From an uncultured Acidimicrobiales bacterium (GTDB lineage: Bacteria; Actinomycetota; Acidimicrobiia; Acidimicrobiales; SZUA-35), in NCBI GenBank assembly GCA_937930695.1, contig CALHCB010000087.1:196-64195 (forward strand): a stretch of 64,000 nt of DNA, read 5' to 3'. The translations under genes were made by a program, and so were the position numbers. Below, one piece after another: positions 1 through 9,123 of this stretch. Numbering within the stretch: position 1 is the stretch's first letter; each line of letters begins with the position of its first letter. Below the pieces are notes generated by a model. The model made no database searches. It saw only the letters and a program-made list of their open reading frames with translations, and was not told where the DNA came from.

Positions 1-1
1 C

Positions 2-844
2 GCCATCGCGGGCCTCATCGATCGACCCGCTGCGCTTGACAGCATCTCGAAACGGGTCGCGATCGGAGCCCCGCGAACACTGCGAACAGCCGCTCTCAAC
101 GATCTTCAGGCACCTGATTTCCGACTCCCTGACCTCGATGGCACCTATCACGCGCTGTCAGATCACCGCTCAAAGAAGCGCCTTCTCGTCGCCTTCTCGA
201 GTTGGTGAGGTTGCATCTATGACCTGCCAGGTTGGCAGGCACTCCAAGAAGAACTCGCCGATCACAACTTCCAGGTGATCGCGGTGGCCATTGATGAGGA
301 CGTCGAGAAGGTCCGGCCGTTCATGGAAGGGATCACCTATCCCGTGCTCATGGATGCGGACCATCTCCTCACCGAGCTGTACGCCATCTCCAACGTTCCA
401 TCGGTCTTGATGATCGATGAGAGCGATCGCATCGTGCAGCCGAACTGGAATGCGTACGCCACCAACACATTCAAGGACTACACCGGTATCGAGTCCTCTG
501 ACCAGGTGGAGATCATTCGCCGGTGGGTGGTGGACGGAACCCCGATGATGACTGTTGAAGAGGCCAAGACTGCGGTCGGTGACCTGAGCGAGGACGAAGA
601 GCAGGCTCGTCTGTACTTCCGGATTGCGACCAGCCTCCGCAACTCGGGCGATGAGGAGGGCGCCGCTCGAAACTTCGACCGAGCGGCTGAGCTCGCTCCG
701 CATGACTGGACGATCCGTCGGGCCATGATGCCGCTACGCGGTGGCGATCCGTTTGGCGAAGAATTCGTCGCCTTGGCTGCGGAATTCAACGCTGCGGGTC
801 GACCATTTCATGGCGTCGCACCAAAGCGACCATCACAAGCCTGA
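2..844 (+). CDS. Thioredoxin-fold redoxin (TlpA/ResA/AhpC-TSA-like) with a TPR-like C-terminal tail. The 5' end lies outside the window. One in-frame TGA (206-208) sits at the redox-centre position: candidate selenocysteine, otherwise a nonsense pseudogene.
   Basis: Frame 2 is open from base 2 to the stop at 842-844 except for TGA 206-208. The translation reads ...APDFRLPDLDGTYHALSDHRSKKRLLVAFSSW[TGA]GCIYDLPGWQALQEELADHNFQVIAVAIDED...ISNVPSVLMIDESDRIV..., which is a redoxin fold. The tracked ORF 275..844 is only the part after an internal GTG and lacks the active site. Confidence 0.6.
223..239 (+). promoter_or_regulatory. SECIS-like stem-loop downstream of the in-frame TGA
   Basis: Perfect 6-bp stem CCTGCC (223-228) / GGCAGG (234-239) with the 5-nt loop AGGTT (contains GGU). 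It starts 14 nt after TGA 206-208. Confidence 0.4.
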
Positions 845-853
845 GGTTCCCTT

Positions 854-881
854 GAGGCCAGTCCCCCGAGGGGCTGGCCTC
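854..881. terminator. GC-rich hairpin between convergent genes (bidirectional terminator candidate)
   Basis: GAGGCCAG-T-CCCC (854-866), loop CGA, GGGG-CTGGCCTC (870-881): 12 bp with one bulge. It lies between the redoxin stop (844) and the P450 stop (880-882). Confidence 0.5.
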
Positions 882-2103
882 ATGACCTCATCGCCATCTC
901 CATCGACAAGATTCCATGCACGAAATTCGATGGCGCTCGCTGCGGGTCTCCCACAGTGGTCAGCATCATGTTGCGGTCGAGCATCTCTTCGAGCAGAACC
1001 CGAAGCTCCATTCGAGCCAGAAAGGCTCCGAGACAAAAGTGTGGCCCGCCTCCGCCGAAGGCCTGATGCCCAGCGTGGTCGCGTCCGATATCGAAGCGAT
1101 TCGGATCGGGGAAGGCGTCCTCGTCGAAGTTCGCTGAGTTGTACCACATCACTACTTTGTCGCCTTCAGTGATCGACGTCCCGGCAAGCTCAGTGTCGGT
1201 CGCAGCCGTTCGGCGCATGTGCATCAAGGGGGTGGAGATCCGAAGGATCTCCTCGACGGCGGTATCCATCAGCGACGTGTCGTTCTTCAATCGCTCCCAT
1301 TGTTCCGGGTTGTTCGCTAGTGCCAGCGCGCCGTGGCTGATGCCCGTGCGTGTTGTCTCGTTTCCACCCAACACCAGGATGTGGAACATGTTGCGGTATT
1401 CCGCCCGGCTGAGTCGGTCGCCATCGTCCTCGGCCTGGACCAAATGGGTCACGACGTCCGGCCGAGGATCTTCCCGACGCTGTGCACCGATCTGGTCGGC
1501 GTATTCGTACATCGCGTGACTCGCAGGACTGTTGAAGGGCAACAGGCGAACCTCTGTCGTATTACCGAATGCATCGTCGGCTAGTGACGGTTCATCAGTG
1601 GTGCCTTCGATGAGATAGTTCGACAAATCGACGAGGTAGTTGCCGTCTTCGAGCGGCACGCCGAGAATCGAAAGGATCACGCGAATCGGGAGAGGCGCAG
1701 CGACCAGATCGACCCAGTCTCCTCCGCCTTCTTTCGCGAAATCGTCAAGAACGTCTCGGGTAATTAGTCGCGTCGCGTCTTCCCACGCTCTGAGGGCTCG
1801 GGGGGTGAAGACTTTGCTGACAAGCCGTCGAAGCCGAGTGTGGTCGGGAGCGTCAGAGTCGATAATCGATCGTCGGGCATCCAAGGCATCTGCCTCCAGA
1901 TCCCACAGGTTGGTGTGGCCAATCGCGGACGAGAACACCGTCGGCTCTGTCGACACGCTCTTCACATCGACATGACGGGTGACCGCCCAAAAGCCGTTGT
2001 CGCCATGGGGATGCCACATCAATCCCGGCTGATCGCGGACTTGGCGGAACGACTCGTGAGGGATGCCGTGGACGTAGAGCCGCGGATCTGCAATGTCGAT
2101 CAT
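880..2103 (-). CDS. Cytochrome P450 monooxygenase
   Basis: Heme-ligand signature FGGGGPHFCLGAFLAR and ExxR (EEILR). The start is placed at ATG 2103 (MIDIADPRLY...), which has AAGGTG 6 nt upstream. ATG 2124 is the alternative. Confidence 0.93.
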   Translation of the reverse strand: MIDIADPRLYVHGIPHESFRQVRDQPGLMWHPHGDNGFWAVTRHVDVKSVSTEPTVFSSAIGHTNLWDLEADALDARRSIIDSDAPDHTRLRRLVSKVFTPRALRAWEDATRLITRDVLDDFAKEGGGDWVDLVAAPLPIRVILSILGVPLEDGNYLVDLSNYLIEGTTDEPSLADDAFGNTTEVRLLPFNSPASHAMYEYADQIGAQRREDPRPDVVTHLVQAEDDGDRLSRAEYRNMFHILVLGGNETTRTGISHGALALANNPEQWERLKNDTSLMDTAVEEILRISTPLMHMRRTAATDTELAGTSITEGDKVVMWYNSANFDEDAFPDPNRFDIGRDHAGHQAFGGGGPHFCLGAFLARMELRVLLEEMLDRNMMLTTVGDPQRAPSNFVHGILSMEMAMRS

Positions 2104-2113
2104 GCCGGTCACC

Positions 2114-3079
2114 TTAGACTCCAACCGTCAGGACGATTCGACCCATGACGGAACCATTTCGCACACGCTGGTGGGCGAGTTGTGCCTCAGCGAGCGGCAA
2201 CGTCTCGACCGGCTGAACAATCGAGGGTTCTCGCCGAGCCAAGTCGAGAAGTTCGTCGAGTTGCAGGCGCGAGCCCCAGACCGAGGTCAGCGCTGTTGCT
2301 TCGTGCGCGATTGCCCCAAAACCAACGCCAACTGCTCCCCCACCGAGGCCCACGGCAACGATGATTCCTTGCTTGGCAATCAGCGAACCCGCACTGTCCA
2401 GCGTCGCGGGAGCCCCGACGAAGTCGATCGCAGCGTCGACCGGTTTCATGCCGTCGAACGAGCCTGCCACCTCGTGAGCGCCGAGTGCCAGGGCTCGTTC
2501 CTGCTTGTCTGCAGCCAGGTCGACCACGACAACCGTTGCGTTGGTCAACAACCGTAGGTATTGGATGGCGAATTGGCCGAGACCGCCGGCACCGATGACG
2601 AGCACACGGCCGTCGGAGTCCAGTGCTCGCAGTCGATCGAGCACGTGGCCGACCGCCCGATAGGCGGTCAGTCCACCGCAGGCCAACGGTGCAGAAGCCA
2701 CGGGATCGAGGCCGTCAAGCGGGGCAAGATACCGAAGGTCTGGCACCCGGACTCGGTCGGCATACCCGCCATCGGTGAGTAGACCAGCCTCCGTCGAGTT
2801 CGAGCAGATGTTTTCGAGCCCGGCATCACACTGACGACAGGAGCCACAACCCCACGGGGCGTACACCATGACGGGACCGAGTTGTTCGTGTACGCCGGTG
2901 ATCTCGTGACCGAGGATCAATGGCAGCGGACTCGGATACACACCGTCCACGACATGGATGTCGGAGTGACACACTCCGCACGCCGTGACGTCGATCAGTT
3001 CCCCAGTACCGGCTGGTTCGGGATGGTCGAGACACCACTCAAGGGGACCATCGACCTCAGTACACAACATTGCTCGCAT
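2114..3079 (-). CDS. Zinc-dependent alcohol dehydrogenase (MDR family)
   Basis: CGVCHSD and GHEITG zinc motifs and a GAGGLG nucleotide fold. ORF 2114..3151 is trimmed to MRAML... because the 24 upstream codons run into the divergent promoter. Confidence 0.9.
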   Translation of the reverse strand: MRAMLCTEVDGPLEWCLDHPEPAGTGELIDVTACGVCHSDIHVVDGVYPSPLPLILGHEITGVHEQLGPVMVYAPWGCGSCRQCDAGLENICSNSTEAGLLTDGGYADRVRVPDLRYLAPLDGLDPVASAPLACGGLTAYRAVGHVLDRLRALDSDGRVLVIGAGGLGQFAIQYLRLLTNATVVVVDLAADKQERALALGAHEVAGSFDGMKPVDAAIDFVGAPATLDSAGSLIAKQGIIVAVGLGGGAVGVGFGAIAHEATALTSVWGSRLQLDELLDLARREPSIVQPVETLPLAEAQLAHQRVRNGSVMGRIVLTVGV

Positions 3080-3162
3080 CGCTGCAGTTTGGTCGAACGC
3101 TGCCTTGCTCGCACAGATCGCATCGGCCACGCTGTCGGTCCGACCTCGCATTGGAGCCCCCG

Positions 3163-3816
3163 ATGAATCTCAATCTCTCTGCCGACGAAGTGCTGACCAC
3201 GACTCGATCAGTGCGCAAGCGTCTCGACTTCGACAAGCCAGTTGATCGCTCCATCGTGTTGGAGTGCCTCGACATCGCCTTGCAAGCGCCAACGGGGTCA
3301 AACACTCAGGGTTGGCAGTGGATGGTGATCGAAGACGACGCGAAGAAGAAAGCTATTGCCGAGCTCTACGCAAAGAACTTCAACGCGTACGCTCAACAGC
3401 CGGGCCGAGAGTTCGGAGAGGGCGACACACGCACCGAACGTCGTGAGCTGGTGCGCAGCTCAGCGCAGTACCTCTGCGACAATTTCGAAAGGGCGCCGTA
3501 TCTGGTTATCCCACTCATCGAAGGTCGACTGGACGAGGGACTCAACAGTTTCGCGCAGGCGAGCCAATGGGGTTCGATCCTTCCCGCGGTGTGGAGTTTC
3601 ATGCTGGCGCTACGCGAGCGCGGGTTGGGATCTGCCTGGACAACCCTGCATCTTCCCGATGAAAAAGCAGCAGCGGAGATCCTCGAGATCCCATACGACA
3701 GCTATACCCAGGCAGGCTTGTTCCCCGTGGCGTACACCATCGGTACCGATTTCAAACTGGCGAAGCGTCTCCCTGCCGCCGAGTTGACCCACTGGGATAC
3801 CTTCGGCAGCCGTTGA
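3163..3816 (+). CDS. Nitroreductase family protein
   Basis: ORF 3070..3816 is trimmed to ATG 3163 (MNLNLSADEVLTTTRSVRKRLDF...). The sequence is nitroreductase-fold throughout. Confidence 0.85.
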   Translation: MNLNLSADEVLTTTRSVRKRLDFDKPVDRSIVLECLDIALQAPTGSNTQGWQWMVIEDDAKKKAIAELYAKNFNAYAQQPGREFGEGDTRTERRELVRSSAQYLCDNFERAPYLVIPLIEGRLDEGLNSFAQASQWGSILPAVWSFMLALRERGLGSAWTTLHLPDEKAAAEILEIPYDSYTQAGLFPVAYTIGTDFKLAKRLPAAELTHWDTFGSR

Positions 3817-3824
3817 ACGCGGTC

Positions 3825-4781
3825 TCAGCCAAAGACGAGCCGCGCAGCTGCGACATCCTCAAGGGCGATCCCCGCTGATTTGAACACGGTGATTTCGTCA
3901 GCGGATTGCCGTGCGCTTGGCGGACCGGCGACGAGATCACGAAGGTCGCCTTTGAGGTCCCCTTCGCTCAGCACACCAGAGGCCAAAGGTTGGGCGAGGT
4001 CACCGGCCAAGATTCCGTCGGTCTTGGTGTCGACCCACACAGAACCTCGGCGCATGACATCGTCGTCGGATTCGCGCATCTGTGGAGTGAAGGAGCCGAT
4101 CAGATCGACATGAGCCCCTGGCTTCAGAAGCGCCCCCTTGACCAGAGGTTCGGTTGCTCCGGTGACACAGCAGATCACATCTGCTCTGGAGACTCCCTCG
4201 TCGAGATCATCACAGCGAGTGATCTCCTGTTCGCTCGATCCCAACGACGCCACGACGTCACTGGCCTTGTTGCCTGACCTGCCCCACACCTCGACCGTGC
4301 GGTAGGTATGCACGCTCGAATGCGCCGCTATGGCCATCGGTGAGAGTGCCCCTGTACCGACGATGAGCAGGTTCTGCGCGTCGGGTCGAACCAGACGTTT
4401 CGCTGCAACCGCAGAGGCTGCGGCCGTGCGCCGGGTGGTGAGTTCGTTCCCATCACACGCGCCGAGCATCGTGCCATTCTTCGCGTCGAAGAGCAGTACG
4501 CCCGCATTCACCGTTGACAAACCAAGCGTTCCGTTGTTCGGGAAAAAGGTCACGACTTTGACCGCGACGACGTCTCCAACGACCCACGCCGGCTTGAGCA
4601 ACAACGACGCATCGTCGTTGTTGAGAACCTCGATTGAGTGAACGGTTCGCTCGGGGGCGACAGCGTTGGAATCGAGCAGGATTGCTTCGATGCTCTCGAC
4701 GAGAGCGACCCACGGCAGACGTTGTGCGACCTCATCAGGACCGAAAAAGTGCATGGGCGTGACGCTACTCCGATGTGGCAT
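3825..4781 (-). CDS. Ornithine cyclodeaminase / mu-crystallin family protein
   Basis: Full-length family-like sequence with the Rossmann segment LLIVGTGALS. GGAGG lies just upstream of ATG 4781. Confidence 0.85.
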   Translation of the reverse strand: MPHRSSVTPMHFFGPDEVAQRLPWVALVESIEAILLDSNAVAPERTVHSIEVLNNDDASLLLKPAWVVGDVVAVKVVTFFPNNGTLGLSTVNAGVLLFDAKNGTMLGACDGNELTTRRTAAASAVAAKRLVRPDAQNLLIVGTGALSPMAIAAHSSVHTYRTVEVWGRSGNKASDVVASLGSSEQEITRCDDLDEGVSRADVICCVTGATEPLVKGALLKPGAHVDLIGSFTPQMRESDDDVMRRGSVWVDTKTDGILAGDLAQPLASGVLSEGDLKGDLRDLVAGPPSARQSADEITVFKSAGIALEDVAAARLVFG

Positions 4782-4840
4782 GAACCTCCGGCACTGAACC
4801 GCTCATTCAGCGATGCTCAAGGTTTGATCCCTGCTTGTCG

Positions 4841-7114
4841 ATGCACCTTACAGCTATGAGACGCAAGGCCAGAAACGAACGATCTTGGATTCCGCTCGCA
4901 GTTGTGAGCTTGACGATGGCCGCACTCATGATGGCGGCGTTCTTCGTGCTCGAGGCATTGGAAGAACGCAGCGCAGCGGCGGCGGCGAACGAACTCCGCG
5001 TTGCCTCCTTGACGCTCACCAGCTCGGACCACATGGAAGGCACCGAGAGCACGGAGGGCATGAGTCTTCAGTTGCCGACTGCAGACCTCGAACTCGCGAT
5101 CAAGACCTTGCAGGGAAATCACGATGAGGCGCTCCACTCTCTTCGGACGGACGAGAGGGCGCGCGTTCTCATCCTGCTCGACGATCTGGCCGAGAAGGGT
5201 CACAGCGCCGTTCACACTCAGTCTGCCCACACCGACCTGCATCGACTCCTGACGAAAGCAGCGTCCGAGTCGGCGATCGACGCTGACGAAGCGGAGTGGC
5301 GTGCTGCGCTGGCCACGGTCACGGCGATCACCGCCCTAGCCTGCGCAGCTTGGGCGTTGGTCCGAGACCGGAGTCGAGCGGAGAAGCGATCCATCGCTTC
5401 TGCGAGTGAGATCGCTCTCGGACAACGGCTCGAGACTCTACTGAATGACTTGCCGGACATGGTGCTCGTGTTCGCCGATTCTGGCTTGATCACCTATCGT
5501 TCGCGTTCCACTGATCAGTTACTCAGCGGCGATGCGACGGCTGAGGAGTTCTATGATCTTGTCGACGAGAGCGAGCGTCCGGCGCTCCTCCGGCATCTCG
5601 GTAACGAGTTTGACTCGGGTGGAACCGAAACCTTTGCCGTTCGCAGACTCGATGGCACCGTCGTGTCACTGGAAGTCCGGGTAACAGACCTCTCCGATGA
5701 CGAATTCGTGAGCGGCCACCTTGTCACGGCCCGTGACGTGACGGCCGAGCTTGGATTGCGAGCCGAACTACAGAGGCAAGCTTCGGTCGACGTGCTCACT
5801 GGCCTGCCGAACCGTCGGGCCCTGGACCCTGTGCTCGACGCAGCGCACGCGCTGGTTGCTGCTGGCGACGGGGGCATCGGTCTTCTCTTGATCGACTTCG
5901 ACGGATTCAAAGAAGTCAACGACACGCTCGGACATCTGATCGGCGATCAGATGTTGCGCGAGGCGGCTGGACGAATGAAGGCGGCCCTTCGGGCCGACGA
6001 ACCTCTCCTTCGGCTCGGTGGAGACGAATTCGCGGTGGTACTCGCTCCGGTCACCGACGAGTCCATTCTCGACTGCGTGGCGTCCCGACTTCGAGACGCC
6101 ATGCAGGCGCCGTTTGACATCGGGGAGGTTTCCGAGCGAATCAGGACGAGCCTCGGAGGAGTCGTCCTTCGTGAATCAACTATCGCTGATGAGTTGTTGG
6201 CCAAGGCCGACATCGCGCTCTACGAGGCGAAGGCCAGGGGAGGCGATCAGATAGTTCTCTTCGAACCGTCAATGGAACACCAGGCAGCGGTCGTGGTCAA
6301 CACGTCTCGAGCACTTCGGGTCGCGGACTTCGATCGTGAATTCAACCTTGTCTTTCAACCGATCGTCGACACGATTTCGGGTGAGCCAGTTGGCCTCGAA
6401 GCCTTGCTTCGGTGGCACAGCCCGACCCTCGGCCATGTCTCGCCGGGCGACTTCATCCCGATCGCTGAGCAGGCCCGCCTCATGGGGCGAGTCGGCCAGT
6501 GGGTACTCGAACGAGTCTGTCGTCAAGTGGCAGTTTGGGAGGCTCAAGGGCTCAACGAGGACATCACCGTGTCCTTCAATGTTTCGGCCCAGCAGCTCGA
6601 AGATGACAACTTTGTTGATTCAGTGTTCGCAGCAATCGAGAGTTCTGGCATCACGCCCCGCCGTCTCGTCATCGAGGTGACCGAGTCGATGGTCGTCGAT
6701 CACGACGGAGCCATCATTGAGCGACTGGAACGGCTGCGAGACGGCGGCCTCAAGATCTCTATTGACGATTTCGGATCGGGCTACTCCAACCTCGGCCAGC
6801 TCTTGAGCGTTCCATTGGACATCATCAAGATCGACCGCGATCTCTTGCTCCGACTCGGTTCGATGCGCGAAGCAGCTGGCGGCGACCCATCAGGACCCTG
6901 CGCGATCATGGAGGCGATCGTTTCCATTTCCAGAATGCTCAATGCTCCCGTGATATGCGAAGGCGTCGAGACCGACGTGCAGCGCATGTCGCTCCAGAAC
7001 TCTGGGGTTACCTACCTGCAGGGATACCTCACAGGCCGACCGGTTCCACCTGACGAACTCTCAATCGACCTTGGACTGCAGAAACCTGCTGAGCACGTTG
7101 TGAGTTATGCGTGA
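4841..7114 (+). CDS. Membrane-anchored PAS-GGDEF-EAL signalling protein (c-di-GMP turnover)
   Basis: Two hydrophobic segments flank an extracytoplasmic stretch. These are followed by a PAS-like region, GGDEF (LRLGGDEFAVV) and EAL (LEALLRW ... DDFGSGYS). The start is ambiguous: TTG 4835, ATG 4841 or ATG 4856. Confidence 0.92.
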   Translation: MHLTAMRRKARNERSWIPLAVVSLTMAALMMAAFFVLEALEERSAAAAANELRVASLTLTSSDHMEGTESTEGMSLQLPTADLELAIKTLQGNHDEALHSLRTDERARVLILLDDLAEKGHSAVHTQSAHTDLHRLLTKAASESAIDADEAEWRAALATVTAITALACAAWALVRDRSRAEKRSIASASEIALGQRLETLLNDLPDMVLVFADSGLITYRSRSTDQLLSGDATAEEFYDLVDESERPALLRHLGNEFDSGGTETFAVRRLDGTVVSLEVRVTDLSDDEFVSGHLVTARDVTAELGLRAELQRQASVDVLTGLPNRRALDPVLDAAHALVAAGDGGIGLLLIDFDGFKEVNDTLGHLIGDQMLREAAGRMKAALRADEPLLRLGGDEFAVVLAPVTDESILDCVASRLRDAMQAPFDIGEVSERIRTSLGGVVLRESTIADELLAKADIALYEAKARGGDQIVLFEPSMEHQAAVVVNTSRALRVADFDREFNLVFQPIVDTISGEPVGLEALLRWHSPTLGHVSPGDFIPIAEQARLMGRVGQWVLERVCRQVAVWEAQGLNEDITVSFNVSAQQLEDDNFVDSVFAAIESSGITPRRLVIEVTESMVVDHDGAIIERLERLRDGGLKISIDDFGSGYSNLGQLLSVPLDIIKIDRDLLLRLGSMREAAGGDPSGPCAIMEAIVSISRMLNAPVICEGVETDVQRMSLQNSGVTYLQGYLTGRPVPPDELSIDLGLQKPAEHVVSYA

Positions 7115-8524
7115 GCAAGATGGGTCAACCAGTCCATACGCCCAATCTGTGCACCCAACGGTGAACACCTGACCTCGGCCACGCCGGAACGTGCCCATGA
7201 CGGCGTTTCCGTTGGCGAACTTCGCCCGGTTGGTCGGTGTGTCTCCTCCGCCCAGACGCTCAGCCACCCAATTCAGTTCGCCGACATAGCTGTCGGGTAG
7301 ACCCTTCGCTCCTTCTTCAGTTGCCCAAAGATGGGCAGGAGCCGTTCCGAGGACTTCGAAATTGGCAGGTGTTCCTCCAGTGCCGGCAGCAACGGGCAGG
7401 CCATCCACAAGCTTCAACTCGCAGCCATCGCACTCATAGCCAACGACAACGGGTTCAGCGCCGACAATGTCGCCTGGATAGAGATCAAGTCCCTCGAACG
7501 CCCAATGGTTCGGCTGCCAGACCGAGTATCCGCCAGAGCCGTACGGGGCGCTGCGCATATGTGCGTAGCCACCTCGGGTGAAGGACACGCCTGTCATCTC
7601 TGACTCCGGGCGCTCGCACAGCGGGTCGCTCCACATCGTTGAGACCGACCGTTGGGCATCAGTCCCCATGACGGGGTCTTGGTCGAAGTCCAGCTTGTAG
7701 CCGACAACCTGGGTCGCGTCGTCTTCATACCGGATCTGCCAGAAGGACGTATTGCCGGAGAGGAACACGGCGCCGCCACCCGCCTCGACCCATTGCTCGA
7801 CGGTGTCACGCATCGAAGCCGACCAATACTCATCATGCCCGACGCTCACGTAGACCTTGTAGGGGTCGAGCAGGTGTGGATCCTGGTGGAGATCGAGGCT
7901 GGTTGCATAGTCAATGATCACCCCGTTCTCCTCGGCCCAGGTGACGAAGAGGCGCTCCCAGTTGGCCCATCCCGCGGCCCCAGACCAATAGGAATAGGTC
8001 TTGAAGTGTTCTCGGACCTCATCACGGGGCAAGTCGGCGAATTTTGCGAGCCGGTAGCGGCTGGGATCGGGTTTGTCGAGGAAGCCCTTGGGAAGTGGCC
8101 GAAGCTGGGACGAACGATGACCCCCTGTGTAGAAGCTCGGGCCCTGCCAGTCGTTGTACGCCGCCCACGTCGAGGTCGACAACACGAGCAGGATGTCTGC
8201 GGGTTCGGTCGGCTGCACCACGAAAAACGCCTCGGCAGTTTCTCCGTCCGGGGCCTCAAGACGAAGTAGGTAGAATCCGGTCGACCAGTCCGGATCAATC
8301 GCGATCGACGACGACGGAGACCACCCACATCCGTCTGTTGCCACATCGTCGGGAATCAGTTGTGAACCCAGCCCGTCGAACTGACGTTGCTCGACAAGCT
8401 CCTCCGATGCTCCGACTCGCAACAAACTCATCGTGCACTCGGCATGTGAGGAAGAAACGAACACCTCGATCGTGTCGCCGGACTTCCCGCTTTGGGGCCA
8501 GCAGTAGGCAGCCAGAGAAGTCAC
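7061..8524 (-). CDS. N,N-dimethylformamidase beta-subunit-like family protein (function unknown)
   Basis: Recognised by segments such as FYLLRLEAPDGETAEAFFVVQP and LLVLSTSTWAAYNDWQG. The ORF runs to 8617, but its first 31 codons are Arg-rich and unprotein-like, so the GTG at 8524 (VTSLAAY...) is preferred. The start remains uncertain. Confidence 0.6.
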   Translation of the reverse strand: MTSLAAYCWPQSGKSGDTIEVFVSSSHAECTMSLLRVGASEELVEQRQFDGLGSQLIPDDVATDGCGWSPSSSIAIDPDWSTGFYLLRLEAPDGETAEAFFVVQPTEPADILLVLSTSTWAAYNDWQGPSFYTGGHRSSQLRPLPKGFLDKPDPSRYRLAKFADLPRDEVREHFKTYSYWSGAAGWANWERLFVTWAEENGVIIDYATSLDLHQDPHLLDPYKVYVSVGHDEYWSASMRDTVEQWVEAGGGAVFLSGNTSFWQIRYEDDATQVVGYKLDFDQDPVMGTDAQRSVSTMWSDPLCERPESEMTGVSFTRGGYAHMRSAPYGSGGYSVWQPNHWAFEGLDLYPGDIVGAEPVVVGYECDGCELKLVDGLPVAAGTGGTPANFEVLGTAPAHLWATEEGAKGLPDSYVGELNWVAERLGGGDTPTNRAKFANGNAVMGTFRRGRGQVFTVGCTDWAYGLVDPSCSRITHNVLSRFLQSKVD

Positions 8525-8632
8525 TGCGTGGCCCCGGGGACCGGCACGCCGGCTCGTTGTTTCGTCATACCGGAGTTTGCATCGGTGGGTGCGGCGTCGC
8601 AAACGAGCGTCGGACAACGATGGTCGAGGCAG

Positions 8633-8992
8633 TTAGATGCGCTGGTTGAATTCGACGAGGTTTCCAGATGGATCGGTGCAGAACGTCTGAAGACAAATGC
8701 CTTCCATGACACCGACGTTGCGAGTGATCACCCCGTGTTCAGCCAGCTCCGTGACCACTTGCTCGACGTCCTCAACTTCAAACGCGAAGTGATGGCCAGT
8801 GTTCTTCGCTACCTCTGCTCGGAGCAGGTGCAGTTCTCTACCGTCAGGCAGACCGAGCCATGTTCCCGCAACTGATATCTCCGCGTCGGGTCGATCGAGC
8901 ACCTCGAGCCCAAGGATGTCTCGGTAGAAGGCAGTCGCAGCCTCGAGATCGTCGACATTGAGCGAGACGTGGTGAACCCCGAGCAGCTGCAT
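8633..8992 (-). CDS. VOC (glyoxalase/bleomycin-resistance/dioxygenase) family protein
   Basis: MQLLGVHHVSLNVDDLEAATAFYRDILGLEV... is a typical VOC beta-alpha-beta-beta-beta module. Confidence 0.88.
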   Translation of the reverse strand: MQLLGVHHVSLNVDDLEAATAFYRDILGLEVLDRPDAEISVAGTWLGLPDGRELHLLRAEVAKNTGHHFAFEVEDVEQVVTELAEHGVITRNVGVMEGICLQTFCTDPSGNLVEFNQRI

Positions 8993-9123
8993 TGCGTCAC
9001 GCTAGGTCTCGTTACTGACCCCGGCAACAACCGAGCCAATCCACCGTGGCCAGGGTCATGAGCTGAACGAGGTTGCCGCGTGTGAGTTGCGATGGCTGCT
9101 CGCTCCTAGGATCGTCGACCTCT

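Noticed and set aside
7061-7114. 54-nt convergent overlap between the GGDEF-EAL gene and the DMFase-like gene
   Set aside because: The EAL domain ends well before 7061. The overlapping tail (…SIDLGLQKPAEHVVSYA) looks like simple run-on to the next stop. This is not evidence of a functional overlap.
8993-9123. Possible cobalamin riboswitch upstream of cobT
   Set aside because: The region is short, and I could not find the conserved B12-box/core sequences. The region also has to hold the divergent promoter of the VOC gene.
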